Assembly: GCA_013265495.1 (NCBI GenBank)
Contig: MU058345.1
Span: 1 to 64,000 of the forward strand
Reading direction: 5' to 3'
Source of the DNA: Vicugna vicugna
Lineage: Eukaryota
DNA length: 64,000 nucleotides
Shown: one piece after another, positions 63,885 to 64,000 of the stretch
Position numbering within the stretch: position 1 is the first letter of the stretch
Layout: each line of letters begins with the position of its first letter
Position numbers and translations under genes: made by a program
The notes under the pieces: generated by a model
The model's input: the letters and a program-made list of their open reading frames with translations, nothing else
Databases searched by the model: none
Told to the model about the DNA's origin: nothing

Positions 63885-64000
63885 AGGGTTAAAGGCTGAA
63901 TTGTGTTCCCCTAAATTCACGTGTTGAGGTCCAGCCCGCAGTACCTCAGAATGTGACTATAAATGGAAAGTGGGTCTTTGAAGAAGTAGCTAAGTTAAAA
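63885..64000 (+). mobile_element. Start of MLT1B/C-like LTR
   Basis: tgaattgtgttcccctaaattcacgtgttgaggtcc...gtacctcagaatgtgactat. Confidence 0.75.

Noticed and set aside
6000..64000. FCRLS/FCRL Ig exons or a second SRCR exon expected from mouse synteny
   Set aside because: No Ig (Y-x-C, W-Y/F) or SRCR (WGTVCDD) exon was recognisable by eye or in the ORF track. A very decayed remnant cannot be excluded without tblastn.

Overview
Mammalian genomic DNA, most likely a camelid (alpaca/camel/llama). The basis for that is about nine copies of a tRNA-Ala(AGC)-derived SINE resembling the camelid vic-1 family, plus young lineage-type L1 3' ends. The only well-supported gene is the 5' half of CD5L (AIM/Sp-alpha) on the minus strand: exon 1 (5514-5487), a 27-bp exon 2 (1481-1455) and the first SRCR exon (597-274), continuing off the left edge. 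Its proximal promoter carries a TATA-like box, a CCAAT box, ETS/PU.1-like sites and a palindromic Maf-recognition element. The remaining ~58 kb is upstream/intergenic (towards KIRREL1 by mammalian synteny, an inference). It is dominated by retroelements: a ~5.7-kb decayed L1, older L1/L2/MIR fragments, MaLR LTRs, a nested ERV, a solo LTR, and hAT MITEs. The most notable oddities are a ~670-bp ancient inverted duplication (9.8-10.5 kb vs 23.1-23.8 kb), a near-perfect 316-bp tandem duplication across an LTR/PBS junction, a CCAAT/octamer-array LTR, probable L1 3' transductions, a divergent CTCF motif pair, and speculative decayed exons (one beta-defensin-like). I found no convincing novel biological system. 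Repeat family names are from memory of consensus sequences and repeat boundaries are approximate.
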